From positions 1 to 36,028 of IMG/VR virus record IMGVR_UViG_3300005611_000094: a stretch of 36,028 nt of DNA. One strand, 5' to 3'. The DNA is from a virus. Its lineage: Duplodnaviria; Caudoviricetes. The notes under the pieces were generated by a model. It saw only the letters and a program-made list of their open reading frames with translations, searched no databases and had not been told where the DNA came from. A program made the translations under genes and the position numbers. Below, piece after piece: positions 35,501 through 36,028 of this stretch (position 1 is the first letter of the stretch; every line of letters starts with the position of its first letter).

Positions 35501-36028
35501 ACCATCACTATCGTCAACTCTAAAAATCCAATCTTTATCTGCTGCTACTTGGTCAAAATAAAAATGATTTGTTTGATTAAATAAAAATCCACCATAAGTG
35601 TTACTATGAAATAATTGGACATCTTCTCCTCCACCAGCCATATATGCTTGTCCATCTGCAAGTCTTAAATGTCCTGAAAATCTACCTGCTCCTACTACAT
35701 CTAACTTATATGCAGGTGATTGAGTTCCTATACCGACATTTCCTGAATTATCTTCTTGTATAAGTTTTTTCCAATTACCAAAAGTTCCACCAATACTTGC
35801 ATTTCTATGATGCATATAGCCATTGTCTGTAAATCCTAAAGCATGAATATGTCCACCTGATGTATCGTTCCATTGTTGAAATGTCATTACACCATGATAA
35901 GTACCACCATCAGATAATCCATCTGTACTATTTTGTTTAAAATCAAATCTTACACCCTTTAATCCGATATCTGTTGAAGGTGTAACTGCTCTTGTATCGT
36001 GGACTTCAAAATTACCATCTGTATTTAT
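32528..36028 (-). CDS. tail fibre with C-terminal intramolecular chaperone (peptidase S74); 5' truncated
   Basis: Frame open to the window edge; ten VGIG-x-x-SP repeats; SDKKLK...GFIAQEV...LDYEKL...AVQEQ. Confidence 0.9.
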   Translation of the reverse strand: MNTDGNFEVHDTRAVTPSTDIGLKGVRFDFKQNSTDGLSDGGTYHGVMTFQQWNDTSGGHIHALGFTDNGYMHHRNASIGGTFGNWKKLIQEDNSGNVGIGTQSPAYKLDVVGAGRFSGHLRLADGQAYMAGGGEDVQLFHSNTYGGFLFNQTNHFYFDQVAADKDWIFRVDDSDGGGDYQEVMRIQGSTQNVGIGTTSPAQKLHVVGNTMINNGSYYMAEDADGDDINLLGIHANNNVYIGASNNAYAGGFMLYGAASTTSGHVWYSGNAEAMRIDSSQRVGIGTNSPQSELNVKSDTNSLAQETLSLSPSTTNNSQGGLGVQSGGLISLIGNNRISMYTSDGERIRIDSSGNVGIGTNSPDAKLEVTGSTNTDLFSLEGAGNSMKLIAESGDASSANVMVYRIGMEYLGTYTNGFIDFYRGGDGASGFLTFGTSGTEKMRIDGSGNVGIGITSPSEKLQVDGNIKIEDGGTYPALLFDDVDTGAYIANNANGLFIGKTNSPSSANDILKLDLTYSKLVTAGGYFEIGGGSSITGILGFNRNISTGAIHNGSYGAYQMQNEGGTFRIQVYNSSGGSVDANAFVIKDTADVGIGTTSPGQKLEVNGSIRISSDNQKLIIGANSDLELYAHDPAGDSRINVSNNPLLITYNGVDRFRLASTALVINEGGGDYNFKVEGDTDANLFFVDASTDRVGIGTTSPQSKLDLGGSTSGQRLTFSNTGVNTTNGARTQAEIGYKTGSYGGAAVIKILTETQYDDSMALAFHTGTSAAESMRIDASQNVGIGTDSPGEKLTIKANGTTSQEVIKIRNSSNTEMFSFGLDSNGDGYLNFNTSPGTISTNGGDLVLSPGGNVGIGITSPAVDLHVLDASGHSQLRIETDSASHGAYLELESTTNKYQIYNVGGDLGIDEAGVATRLIIKDTTGNVGIGLASPAQKLHISGGNARIDGDIITQPTNKVYLDGGNDTYIYEPSANVIDFVTANSRTMQMANTYAYTEDNVLLGVGGDVDFYMSHDGTNSLLSNSTGVLTIRQNNNNNSIRFDLNASGTTSEKFRMTSTGAFHATNDVVAFSTTPSDKKLKTNVKDIEYGLDTIMKLSPKEYDWKKDNRHDIGFIAQEVEKVIPEIVKDNEWFDDKIKTLDYEKLTAVLIKAVQEQQQQINELKEKLNG
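33234..35737 (-). repeat. ten dispersed 23-nt direct repeats within the tail fibre gene
   Basis: Plus-strand consensus GGTGAnnnArTTCCTATACCGAC starting at 33234, 33453, 33666, 33930, 34236, 34662, 34944, 35163, 35430, 35715. Confidence 0.9.

Noticed and set aside
33234-35737. CRISPR array, invertible shufflon or DGR
   Set aside because: Repeats are in-frame and all direct with 190-400 nt coding spacers; no invertase or reverse transcriptase in the window
1-36028. Genome-wide stop-codon reassignment as in some crAss-like phages
   Set aside because: Long genes are intact in the standard code; TAG and TGA end real genes
1-36028. tRNA genes
   Set aside because: No cloverleaf with a canonical T-loop found by eye in the intergenic gaps; tRNAscan-SE would confirm

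Overview
An AT-rich fragment of a tailed dsDNA bacteriophage, probably short-tailed (podovirus-like). It has two opposed modules. The minus-strand late module has terminase at the left edge. It resumes at the right edge with a repeat-built tail fibre ending in an S74 chaperone, then tail proteins, a virion lysozyme, ejection-type proteins and a 3130-aa giant protein. A plus-strand early/replication module (about 3.2-13.5 kb) carries many small acidic proteins, a Rad52-like annealing protein, SSB, an AEP primase-DnaB helicase fusion, a resolvase and GroES, but no recognisable DNA polymerase. The giant protein has the catalytic signature of single-chain two-barrel RNA polymerases (TDG...RTP-x36-DKDGD...AVD) and is a candidate virion-packaged RNAP. 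A C-rich motif (ACACACCCCTT) recurs in the early region and may be its promoter, while late genes have Bacteroidota/FCB-type TAnnTTTG promoters. The early intergenic gaps hold stem-closed structured RNA modules, including two tandem units with covarying closing stems. The tail fibre has ten in-frame 23-nt repeats conserved at synonymous positions. All calls come from motif reading by eye; no searches were run.
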